Position numbers and translations under genes: made by a program. A stretch of 19,174 bases of DNA, taken from positions 63,518,924 through 63,538,097 of the forward strand of contig NC_092349.1 of NCBI RefSeq assembly GCF_963676685.1, given 5' to 3'. Each line of letters begins with the position of its first letter. Positions within the stretch are counted from its first letter, which is position 1. The notes under the pieces are model-generated. The model made no database searches, was not told the origin of the DNA, and worked only from the letters and a program-made list of their open reading frames with translations. The DNA comes from Mytilus edulis (taxonomy: Eukaryota). Of this stretch, positions 10,022 to 19,174 are shown one piece after another.

Positions 10022-10112
10022 GATAAAGCATGGAAAAATGTAACATACGTATATGATGGAACAGCATTAAGGGCAAAGGTTGATGATGAAGAGCAGGCTG
10101 TTGCAATGAAAG
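10022..10112 (+). CDS. Internal exon DKAWKNVTYVYDGTALRAKVDDEEQAVAMK(G), the LamG-like core motif.
   Basis: The acceptor has a T14 polypyrimidine tract followed by atgtaaacAG at 10020-10021. The donor is AAAG|GTAAAA at 10113. It is in phase 0, matching the previous exon. W-x-x-V-x-x-x-Y-D-G-x(5)-V-D is the characteristic W-H-x-V-...-D-G-...-Y-V-D-G motif of laminin-G and pentraxin-type domains. Confidence 0.6.
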
Positions 10113-11099
10113 GTAAAATCAAAGTTTTATATTGTGTATAGAAATTATTAAGATTCTGTAGCAGATTAAAGAACTTAGTTCCAGTTTTATATATGATGAA
10201 ATAAGTCAAATCACATCAAAGTTTGAAGATGTCACTGTGTCACAGTGTACCTCGTGTAATATATCGACTAATCTTTATCTCTTCAATGTCAATATCAAAC
10301 TTATCTGATAGTTAGCAAATATCACGAGACACTGTTTTGTTTTGTATTCAATATATCTAAATAGGGTCTTATCATTATGTCATTATGCTAAATTTCTTTA
10401 TAATTTGTGTTATCTTTAAATGAAATCCAACATCAACTGCTTAATTTTCTATGGGTACAACTCTGTGTAGATGGATTTACATCATATACAGTAAACTTTC
10501 TATACACTAAATAATCGCACACACGATTTTTCTTGAGGTGGCCGTAGTCGAACTGGTGACCAGTAGATTATATATCCTTGTTAATACACTCAATGTCGCT
10601 ATGAAAACAAAGAAAGCAAAGACTTAGGTTGCTGATTAAAGCATTCGGTGAAAATTTGAAATACTCTACCGAATCGATTTCCAGTCTACAGTTGGATATA
10701 TTTATTGCGTACTGTGATGCTTTGCATGACATTTCTGTTTAACGAGAATAGTATTTCAAAAGAACACAATTCTTGTAAGTGATTGTCAATGCCGTTGTAA
10801 ATTTTCGGCCATGTCATATAACGTTGCTTTTTTGATAGTTAGCCATCACTTGACCTTTTTCTGTGTTTTAGGGTGTTAACTTTGATCTTATTATCAACAA
10901 AACACCAAAGGGTGTGAGATTGAATATGTGCACATTTATATGCAGACCAATACATTTTCAATAACAAGCAAAAAGCTGATGTTTTTAAATCTTTATATCA
11001 TAATAAAAGATTAACTGTTTTTCCAAATTTTGCATATTTCGGAATAATTTGATGTTCTACCCAATGAATAGATTATAGATGAATGTTGCAAAACATTTT

Positions 11100-11235
11100 T
11101 GAATTGTATGTCCTCTATGCTCGTCAACTTTCATTGACCTTTTTCAATTTGAGTGTCACTTATTAATTAAGCGAAGACAAAACGGGCGTCTAGCGTGCAT
11201 GGTATCGATAATGAGTAAACGATGATAACACATAT
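11100..11235 (+). repeat. Degenerate copy of the hammerhead-bearing repeat unit. The ribozyme core is destroyed.
   Basis: gagtgtcacttattaattaagcgaagacaaaacgggcgtctagcgtgcatggtatcgataatgagt aligns with 1664-1750, with many substitutions in CUGAUGA and GAAAC. Confidence 0.4.
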
Positions 11236-12029
11236 TCTAAAGATTAAAAAACCATTTATGAACATTGCTTTAAAATATGAAGCAAACTTTATGTCGATAG
11301 AAGGCAACAATAATTACTATGTTATATGCTAATGTACTTCAATTATAACAACTTTACCGCCCATCCTCCAATATAATGGTTATACAGCAACCATCAATCA
11401 GTAAACCAATCTTATAAAACAGTGGTATAACACCTGAACATTATATAAACTAAAATTATCAAAATGGACCCTAGTTGCCATAGGTTTAAAGTTTTTGGAA
11501 TATTTCGATTTTAAGACGTTTTTTTTATTGTTATTTACTTTATAGCCATGAGGTACTACGTTTAGATAGAATTATTTTTTCAATAAAACAATAGTAGGAA
11601 TTAAACAAAAATGACAAAAAAAAAAGAAAAAATATATTATTAAATGAAAATTAAATCTATCGCATACAAGATTGTGTAACATTGAAAATCAATCTAACTA
11701 AGAAAATACTAATCGAGATCATTCTTGATGTAACGGAAAACAAGAGGAAACATAAATAACAATTCCCATGGTATACTAACTTGTCCTACCTATAAACCAT
11801 CTCTAATGAAGCATAATGTGACAATTCATGTAAACTGTCGCTATATCATCCATCTTTATTCGACATTATAAGGTTTAAAGCTACATAATGGAATGTAATT
11901 AGATAGTCTAATACTTTTTTGTTTTTTTTACTATCATATCATGTATTACATTATAACATTAGTCAAGAATTTCGTTAGATGTTATCGAACTTTTCGCATT
12001 TTGGCCTTCTTACTATTTTGGTCTTATGT

Positions 12030-12062
12030 AGACCAAACACGCGTCTAACTTATAAGCCTGGT
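12030..12062 (+). repeat. 5'-truncated hammerhead-repeat fragment (helix II, cAAAC, acgc, GUC).
   Basis: gtcttatgtagaccaaacacgcgtctaac resembles gtcttttgtagacgaaacgcgcgtctggc. Confidence 0.3.
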
Positions 12063-12889
12063 ACATTTGACAACTATTAACAAACAAACAAAACACAATA
12101 TCAAAATACTCAGAATTAATAACTAGGATTATGATATAGTAAGAAAACGCCTTCCCTTTTATCTTATCTTAGTTAAAAGTAAAAATAACTAAAATACCAA
12201 ACTCCGAGGAAAACTCAGAACGAAAATTTTCTAGTCAAATCGCAAAATCAAAAGCTCTAAGACATCAAACGAACGGATAAAAACTGTCATATTCCTATCT
12301 AGGCATTTATGAAAATTGAAAATAGTTGATTATACAAGGATCTTTTAGCTTAAAACACCTGGTTTAATCCACTATTTTTTACTTTAAAAAAAATATGCAA
12401 CTGTCATACAATTGAGCTATCCTCACAATTGTTAGTAGACAGTTGCATTAAATTCCATTACATTTACAAAAATTGTGCGAACAAACAAATAGACATAAAA
12501 GGTACACATGTTAAAAATAGGGGTACAACAGTCAATATTTAATAACTTATTCGATTCGTGTTTCAAGTTTTTCTAGGATCTCTGAGTTAAATAAAGGCAC
12601 CAAAAAATATAAAAGGTGTATGACAGTACTAAATGAGCAAGGTTCATTCATTAAAAAACATTTAACAGACTGACATACTAATTTTTATTTGATCTCTTGA
12701 TCTTAAACTTAGAAATGATTATCTATTCGTTGTCATGATCTATCAAATTGACTTTTAAACATGTATTTTAAAACAGACATCATTTGCAAATGGACTTTTC
12801 AAATTTCAAATACACTTATAAAAGAGCAAAAACTATTTTTGGTGCTTTTGACACTTATGATTGCATGCTACGCCCGTCGCGTTTTCTAA

Positions 12890-13410
12890 GAATAAAATTC
12901 GATAACTTCTCAATGTCATATCAGAAATTTATAAAAATCCAAAGACATGTCAACTTGATAGATATAAATCAGTCACCAAAGTTTAATGAAAACTAGCACT
13001 TTGGGAATATTGTCCGAAAACTTGAAAATCACCCAATCGAATTGGAACTTACAGTAATAGATACGAACAATTCACCAAAATGTTAGGAAAACTGCCCAAA
13101 GCATTTTTGAGTTAATGTCCGAAAACTGGGAAATCTTGTTTCTTGTAATGAATAAAACCCCATAACTTGGAAACGTAAAATCTAAAATTTGTAAAAATTC
13201 AAAGGATGCTCATGTCAATATATATAAACAATTCATTATAGTTTCTTGCAAATTGGTGAAAGCGTATTTTGAGTTATTCTCAGAAAACTGGAAAATCCCT
13301 CTTTTTGTAATGAATATAAGCACAAAATCGAAAACATAAAAATCTAAAATTTATAAAAAACGAAAAGGAGCTATTGTCAATAGATATAAACAATTTGAAC
13401 GGTTTTACAC
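12890..13410. repeat. Satellite-like tandem array of three to four diverged units of roughly 110-190 bp (gtccgaaaactggaaaatc ... tgtaatgaataaaa ... aaaatctaaaatttgtaaaaa ... aaaggagct-atgtcaatatatataaacaatt).
   Basis: Blocks recur starting near 12905, 13012, 13118 and 13280. Track ORF 12784..12996 overlaps the first unit and is probably spurious. Confidence 0.55.
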
Positions 13411-14832
13411 TAGTATATTTTGGGGGCACTTTATAGCTTGCTGTTTGGTGTGAACCAAAGATCCATGTTGAAGACCGTACTTTGACCTATAATGGTTTAC
13501 TTTTATAAATTGTGAATTGGATGGAGAGTTGTCTCATTGGCAGTCATACATCATCTTCTTATATCTAAATAAAAAACATATAATCTTCGTTTTGTTCTCT
13601 TGAAAAGTTTTAATTTTAAAATAAAATAAAAAATGCTTCCCTTATTGACTTTTTCTGTGTTTTTTAATCAATGTCATTCACCTCCAAAACTTGAAATTTA
13701 ATCAACAACTTTTACAATATTTAATAAAAATATGAATATCAGTTTGAACTCAAATATGAAGATTTATTATTGAGTTACTTAAATTAACATACAAAAACAG
13801 AAATGACATATTACAATTATCTATTTTCTCTCTTATTGCTACATTATTTAAAAATAAAAATAAGGTATTGATACATACTAAATCCATTAAAATAGTTCTG
13901 GATTATTTTGGTTTGTATGTGATTTAGTATACCTGTTGAAAGAATTCTTGTGAACTTATTGTATGGTGTGAGTGCAAGACATAATTCAAAAGGGCATTTG
14001 TGCGTGATCCAATCTTTTATATATATATATATAGGTCTTTGGTCTGTTTATATTGCAAGTGAAAGTTATCTCTTTCGACGTGTGATGATAATGGCAATCA
14101 CTTCTGTTTTGCCAGTAAAAATCACATTAGCTTTTCTTGTATCTCTTTTTGTCTCATTGACAAATAATTTTTCTCATTATTCATAATGATATTTCTATCC
14201 AAGTAAATTCTGAGATACATGAATAATGTTATAATTTTGTTTTGGATACTGATTTTATCCATAAGAATATCAAGCGAGCCCGCTAGGCCGAGCTGATATT
14301 TGAACTGATGAAGTCATGTATAACAAAAATGCCATTATCCTTGTTATCGACAATTTGTCTTAACTATATATTTTTGTTCAGAATATGATGTAAAATCAAA
14401 AAATACATAAAACTACTTTTACGTAAAACGCAAAACGATGGGATCTTTATTCGGTTGTATGAATGAAGTCGCGTGCATTTTATTAACAATTAAAGCGGAT
14501 TAACATGTACACATGACCTTGCTGCTTTGATAAATTTCGTCATTGTCGTTTATGTTGGATTATCAAGACTGGTCAATGCTATTAAAACTTTAGGCAGTAA
14601 CATCAAAGTGGATGTACAAATTACCGATTAATACAAATATTTTGCTGGTTCTTTGAATATGTATTCAACACAATAAAACGAGAATATTATTCGTCTCTTT
14701 GTATTACAACTGTTAGAAAATCTGAATGTTTGTGTTGAGTGTCATTTCTTGTTTTTGTGTATATTTCATGCTACAAATGATCTAATAATCACTTATATCT
14801 ATAGTATTATCAAATGTTTGCTTGTCTTGCAG

Positions 14833-14909
14833 GACATTTAGATACACGAGCAGGGGGATTTGAGATAGGGATGTGTAATAGACGTGGATATGTTGGATAT
14901 ATTGATGAT
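14833..14909 (+). CDS. Internal exon (G)HLDTRAGGFEIGMCNRRGYVGYIDD.
   Basis: The acceptor is cttgtcttgcAG at 14831-14832 and the donor is GAT|GTAAGT at 14910. It has two leading nucleotides that complete the phase-1 end of the previous exon. F-x-G-x(7)-G-Y-V-G-Y-I-D-D fits the F-x-G-C-I-x-D-V motif at the C-terminal end of LamG-like domains. Confidence 0.6.
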
Positions 14910-15257
14910 GTAAGTTTGTACTCATAACATTTTAGAATCTGAAGGTTTATATTATTTCTAACATCTTGTAAACTCTTTTATTTGGCGGACTACATCTTTG
15001 GAATTACATGAAGTAGCTAGGCCGTACTGCAACGTGGAGAAGTATTCTCCGGTCTTTCAGAGCAGTTAATATACTTTGTATAGAAAAGGTCTTTGTTTAA
15101 ATGACAAAATTTGCATTGCACATAGTAATTGTGATAGGAATGACATTTTTGTTAACTTGATCTCATCCTAGGGTACAAAATTAATGAAATTTTATCGTTA
15201 TCGTTTTTAAAATTCATATATACACGCTTTCCTAATGCAAAAAACTCCATAACCATT

Positions 15258-15297
15258 AGTTTTTTTTTTTTTTGTTTTTTTTTGGGGGGGGGGGGGG
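15258..15297 (+). repeat. Compound T-run followed by a G14 homopolymer, intronic, about 165 bp upstream of the terminal exon acceptor.
   Basis: The sequence is ttagttttttttttttttgttttttttt then GGGGGGGGGGGGGG at 15284-15297. Confidence 0.8.
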
Positions 15298-15460
15298 TCA
15301 TTATCTGTTTTAATTGAGAAAATTTTTGTTCATAATCTGTTTTAATTGTTTTGTTGTTCTATTGTTTGAATCGTTCGTTTTTGTGTTTGTAAACTTTCCC
15401 GCATTTACATTTTTTATTCTTCTTGAAAATTGCTTACTAAACATATTTCTTTTTTTGCAG

Positions 15461-15568
15461 TTGAAGGTCCATCGTTGTGTTAATATAGACTATGTTATTG
15501 GAAATGGAAAAGGACCACTTAGTCCTTATGATGCTAGAGACTCTAACCTAGATATTGGTGGACCTTGA
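15461..15568 (+). CDS. Terminal coding exon LKVHRCVNIDYVIGNGKGPLSPYDARDSNLDIGGP* with a TGA stop at 15566-15568.
   Basis: The acceptor is tttctttttttgcAG at 15459-15460. It is in phase 0 and in frame with the tail of track ORF 15314..15568. Candidate polyadenylation signals ATTAAA and AATAAA lie at 15757-15765. Confidence 0.55.
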   Translation: MKVHRCVNIDYVIGNGKGPLSPYDARDSNLDIGGP

Positions 15569-15756
15569 AAGTTACTTCACAACTAAAACATTTTGATATT
15601 TTTTTCTGTAAATCTTATTTTGAAAATAACATGTACGTTTCTCTGCTAGGTCTGTTTGCGAGACAACTTGAGTTTTGAAATTTTATTTCAACGGAACTAT
15701 GGAATTAATACAACTTATTTAGATGTGACCAATACAGGAGTTGAACACAAGAAAAA

Positions 15757-15765
15757 TTAAATAAA
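15757..15765 (+). promoter_or_regulatory. Candidate polyadenylation signals (ATTAAA overlapping AATAAA) for the + strand gene.
   Basis: This is the first canonical hexamer downstream of the TGA stop at 15568, about 190 nt away. Confidence 0.3.
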
Positions 15766-17260
15766 AAAGAAAAAGAGGATAAACGAGGAAAACTTTCAAC
15801 TTGGTTTATACTGTTTCACATTGGTATAGGAATAAACTCTGTTATTTCCAAAATTCAATTTACAGCCGCAGCAGTTCTTTGTCTTTTTGTTGAAGTTCGT
15901 CAGAATTTGTAACAATGTTCAATTACCTACCCAAAGGATCAATTACATGGGCGATGCAGGTGAGCAATGAAAACATTTAAATGGAAGGGATAAAAGCAGA
16001 CAAACACTAACCAACGGAGCAATGCAGTGTTTAATGACACCAGTTATATTATTTTCAATTTTATCTTTCTTTGGTACCAAAAGTACTTTTGAATTGACTT
16101 ACAAAACATGTAAAAGATATAAAGCAAATTAAATTTATAGATTTTTTTTAGAAAAACAAAGAGTAAGATGTCATATTAGTTTAATACCAATGTTTCTTGT
16201 GATTTCATGTACAAAAATAATAAAATCCGTTTACATATGAATATATATCATTATGATCAAAATTATTTTGAACATATAATACCTAGTGCATACCAATTTT
16301 GTATTTTGTAGAAATGTTAGTACAGCTTTACAATGTTTATCAATATAACAAGTCACTGAATCATTGTTTTTGTTTTGAGAAGTATAAACATAGTTACCGT
16401 AAATTGAAAATAATAATAATATATCAATTAAATTTTAATATTTATCGGTAGTTGCATGTAATCTTGTTTTTATTCCGAATATATTTTACCGAAAAATATA
16501 ATCAAACCATTATTTGAAAGATGTAATACCAGTGGTGAATAAAGTGTAAATGAATTAATAACATTTATAAAACAAAAAAGGAACGACGACATAAAACAAT
16601 ACATATTTTTAGTAAAAGGCAAAAAAAAAACCAGTAATCTCAAACGAAACACAAAAATACATAGAAAAGTGTAAAAAAAAATGTGTGACCTAAAGTTATT
16701 ACGATGAGTTTGTAGTTGCCACAGAGAAAACGAATAACAAAATAAAAAGAATAAAACAAGTATGGTAAAAACAATAATTGTTTGAAGTTATATTTATATC
16801 ATATTATGCAAGTCTTTGACAAAAGACATACTAATTGTAAGTTCCTGTGTCCTACGAGTTTTACAACAAACTTGTATTTACAATCAAAATCTGTAGACAA
16901 TAGAAAGACAATATATATACAATTATATTTTTGATCACCGAGAGCAAAACAAACCGGTTGTTTTGAGCATTATTTACATACATGTAAAATGAAATTCTAA
17001 ATTAGGATTTTGCATAGTATTTTATGAGAGAGATTTGATATTAAATGCTGCAATATCTACAAAACTTGTTCTTAATTGAATTTCAATCTACTTTTTTCAA
17101 TTATTATTATCGTTAAAAAAACATAAACAAATACTAACCATGCAAGTATTTCATACATTCGACATTTCTGAACAAAAAAAAATGTATATGAATTTGTGTT
17201 TGCAGTTAACATTCAGGTCTGATATGATTCTGAATTAGCGAACTAAAAGTTAAATATACA

Positions 17261-17266
17261 TTTATT
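17261..17266 (-). promoter_or_regulatory. Candidate AATAAA polyadenylation signal for the - strand paralogue.
   Basis: It appears as tttatt on the + strand, about 155 nt downstream of the TAA stop at 17420 in the - strand sense. Confidence 0.3.
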
Positions 17267-17419
17267 TCAACTGTGTAAATACTTGAAAAATATGACATGA
17301 CACGTGTGTATGTAGGATTCCAAGATGAGAAAGAAAACAATCATGAAATATAGATCTTGAAAGTGTAAACACTTATATGTGCCTGTATACTGTTGATAAA
17401 ATGCTTGGTTGGCAGATAT

Positions 17420-17479
17420 TTAATTGAATAAGTATTCCATACTGGCTGGAATGTTGTCGCATCCGTTCCAGACTTTCCA
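17420..17479 (-). CDS. Terminal exon of the - strand paralogue: WKVWNGCDNIPASMEYLFN* with a TAA stop.
   Basis: On the - strand the acceptor is atatatttcAG and the exon is phase 0. It directly follows the phase-0 donor of exon 18536..18624. K-V-x-x-(x)-C-x-N-I parallels LKVHRCVNI in the + strand terminal exon. An AATAAA signal sits on the - strand at 17261-17266, downstream of the stop. The frame differs from track ORF 17373..17603. Confidence 0.4.
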   Translation of the reverse strand, partial: WKVWNGCDNIPASMEYLFN

Positions 17480-18287
17480 CTGAAATATATATAAGATTTA
17501 TCAAAATACATATAGGATGTGTTGTCTCCTTGAAAGATACCCCATTTTCATTCTTAATTTTATATAGAAAATTGTTAAAATATCCAGATAAAAAAGCTAT
17601 CAAAAAGTAGAATGTGTGTAAAGATATGAGTTAAATGACTTCTAAAGAACAAATGTTGCTTTATACTGACTAAAACAAATGGTTAAATGGTCAAGTGTCG
17701 AAAAAGGTTTTTTAGGTGAAGTAGCTAAGGTACTAATCCCTACGTGGAAATTTTATGCTTTACGATATCAGATAGAATCAGGGACAAAAACTATAAAAAG
17801 AAATGCAATGAATATTTTTCTTGTGAAATTTACCACGTTACAGGGTGCAAATAAAGATACACGTTCAGCATACCCTTCTACTAAAGTTACACATAGTCTT
17901 TGTTTGGAACGTGTGGTTCTTTGGTTTTTGCCAGATTCGACTAAGGTTATCGAATCTAATACTGTGGATTTCTGATTGAGTGTATTGTTTGAGGGGTATT
18001 GCTATCTTATCTTGTTATTATGCTATGTTGTTAAACTATGGCATCTGTTTAAGAGCAGAATTTAGGGCTCACAAGTATATACAGCTCCGGCACAGTATGT
18101 GTATGTGCATGATCAACATTAAGAATCTATAATATAATGGTTTCTGCAGATTTCTGTCACTCATATTTGTTTTTTATTTTCTATAAATTTTTCATTCGAA
18201 CATTTTAGTAGGATTTTAAACCCCTAACGTTTATTGTCATAGCAAAATTTGACACAATAAGACCCTTCAACGTTGTAGACCTTGTAA

Positions 18288-18345
18288 ATTGATTTGAGTG
18301 CCACAAATGAGTCTGATGAAGACGAAACATGCGTTCTCTCATCTT
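18288..18345 (+). repeat. Divergent hammerhead-like motif (CaaAUGA-guc...gac-GAAAC-augc-GUU). The core is degenerate. It lies in the intron of the - strand gene.
   Basis: gagtgccacaaatgagtctgatgaagacgaaacatgcgttctc. The helix II and GAAAC spacing is conserved, but conserved core positions are mutated. Confidence 0.3.
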
Positions 18346-18535
18346 CCATAGAAGGTTCATAATTATTTCAAACTAGCATGTTCTTGTCTGTATATGCACG
18401 TCTCAACGCGAAATAGACTTTATGCGCTGATGTGACGTAAAACAAACACTAATCAAAAGTGTAATCACGTTAATTTTTACATTCACATTTTCACAAAGAT
18501 AGTTAATCAATATTTACAAAAATAACTTTACTTAC

Positions 18536-18624
18536 GTCATAAATATCGCCTACAAATGGTCCATTTCCACCAAAGGGTTGTCCAACATTTAATGCTCCAT
18601 TACATGCAAGGAAATCTTTTGGAG
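18536..18624 (-). CDS. Penultimate exon of a paralogous - strand gene: (x)PKDFLACNGALNVGQPFGGNGPFVGDIYD.
   Basis: On the - strand the acceptor is ttttattatAG and the donor is GAC|GTAAGT (acttac on the + strand at 18530-18535). Only one frame is open. The exon has the same phase structure as the + strand exon 14833-14909, with two leading nucleotides and a phase-0 end. F-G-G-N-G-P-F-V-G-D-I-Y-D parallels G-G-F-E-I-G...G-Y-V-G-Y-I-D-D. Confidence 0.45.
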
Positions 18625-18711
18625 CTATAATAAAATTAATCGTGTATTAGTATGATCATATAGAAATTATAAAAAAAATTGTCATTGGCGTCTCTAAATT
18701 TTCTTCAATCT

Positions 18712-18840
18712 GTTCAAAGGAGGGGCGAAAGATACCAGAGACACAGATAGAAAACAAACTGACAACGCAATTGGCCAAAAAAAGGAACCAGACAAATAAT
18801 AGTACACACGACGGAACACAAAAATCTTAAGACGTAAGCA
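18712..18840 (+). repeat. SINE-like interspersed repeat, copy 2.
   Basis: ggggcgaaagataccagagacacag...actgacaacgcaattggccaaaaaaaggaaccagacaaataatagtacacacgac aligns with 5710-5840. Confidence 0.5.
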
Positions 18841-19174
18841 ATATCGGTGTGACCAACGTCATTGATTTAAATAGGTTGACGTGAAATAAGGTAGTGTTTT
18901 TCATTCAATAATCACTGAAGGGACATTACTAATCGATATGTGTATCCAAATCAGTAAACTGATACCGGTAATACAATTTCAGTTTAACATTTTATGTATA
19001 CTATAACACACCCGCGAAATCGCGGGCATTCAGAGCGTGATTGAAAGTATGTAAAGAATTTTGTAAAAGATGTAATAAGTGGAGAATTTCAGGAAAAGTA
19101 TCAAAAGTCATAGGTATTTGGGGACAGGAAAATGTTTTTTTTATCCCTCCTTTATTTCCAAAATTCCCCTTTTT

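Noticed and set aside
14305-14311. A CTGATGA heptamer that might indicate another hammerhead core.
   Set aside because: No helix II hairpin followed by GAAAC, and no GUC with a complementary helix I, can be built around it. It is a chance match.
17679-17975. A + strand ORF of 98 aa between the two - strand exons.
   Set aside because: It lies inside the intron of the - strand paralogue, starts with no upstream exon context and has no recognisable motifs. It is probably chance, although a small nested gene cannot be fully excluded.
1-19174. A prokaryotic reading of the window (operons, defence islands, CRISPR-Cas, toxin-antitoxin).
   Set aside because: No ORF in the window exceeds 119 aa without splicing. 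Coding signal only emerges through GT/AG introns, and composition and repeat content are metazoan. No bacterial-type system is supported.

Overview
The window is AT-rich (about 30% GC by eye) and looks like metazoan nuclear DNA, not prokaryotic DNA. It has homopolymer runs, micro- and minisatellites, many interspersed repeats, and short ORFs that only become meaningful once GT/AG introns are allowed. The repeat content suggests a bivalve mollusc, but I cannot prove that from sequence alone.

The clearest signals are these:
- A multi-exon protein-coding gene on the + strand. Seven exons are resolved between 3488 and 15568, its 3' end is in the window and its 5' end is not. The deduced product has two cysteine-rich repeats resembling the C-terminal half of a chitin-binding type-2 (peritrophin-A) domain, a proline-rich linker, and a C-terminal LamG/concanavalin-A-like jelly-roll domain.
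- The last two exons of a convergent, paralogous gene on the - strand (18536..18624 and 17420..17479).
- A family of short non-coding repeats carrying type-I hammerhead ribozyme motifs. These have a 2-bp helix III closed by a palindromic GCGC loop, as in Penelope-like-element and retrozyme hammerheads. One copy has an intact catalytic core and several are degenerate.
- MITE-like elements flanked by TTAA, a SINE-like family with three copies, a 26-bp minisatellite and a satellite-like tandem array.

There is no CRISPR array, operon or defence-system-like structure. Every ORF in the six-frame track that lies outside the spliced exons looks spurious.
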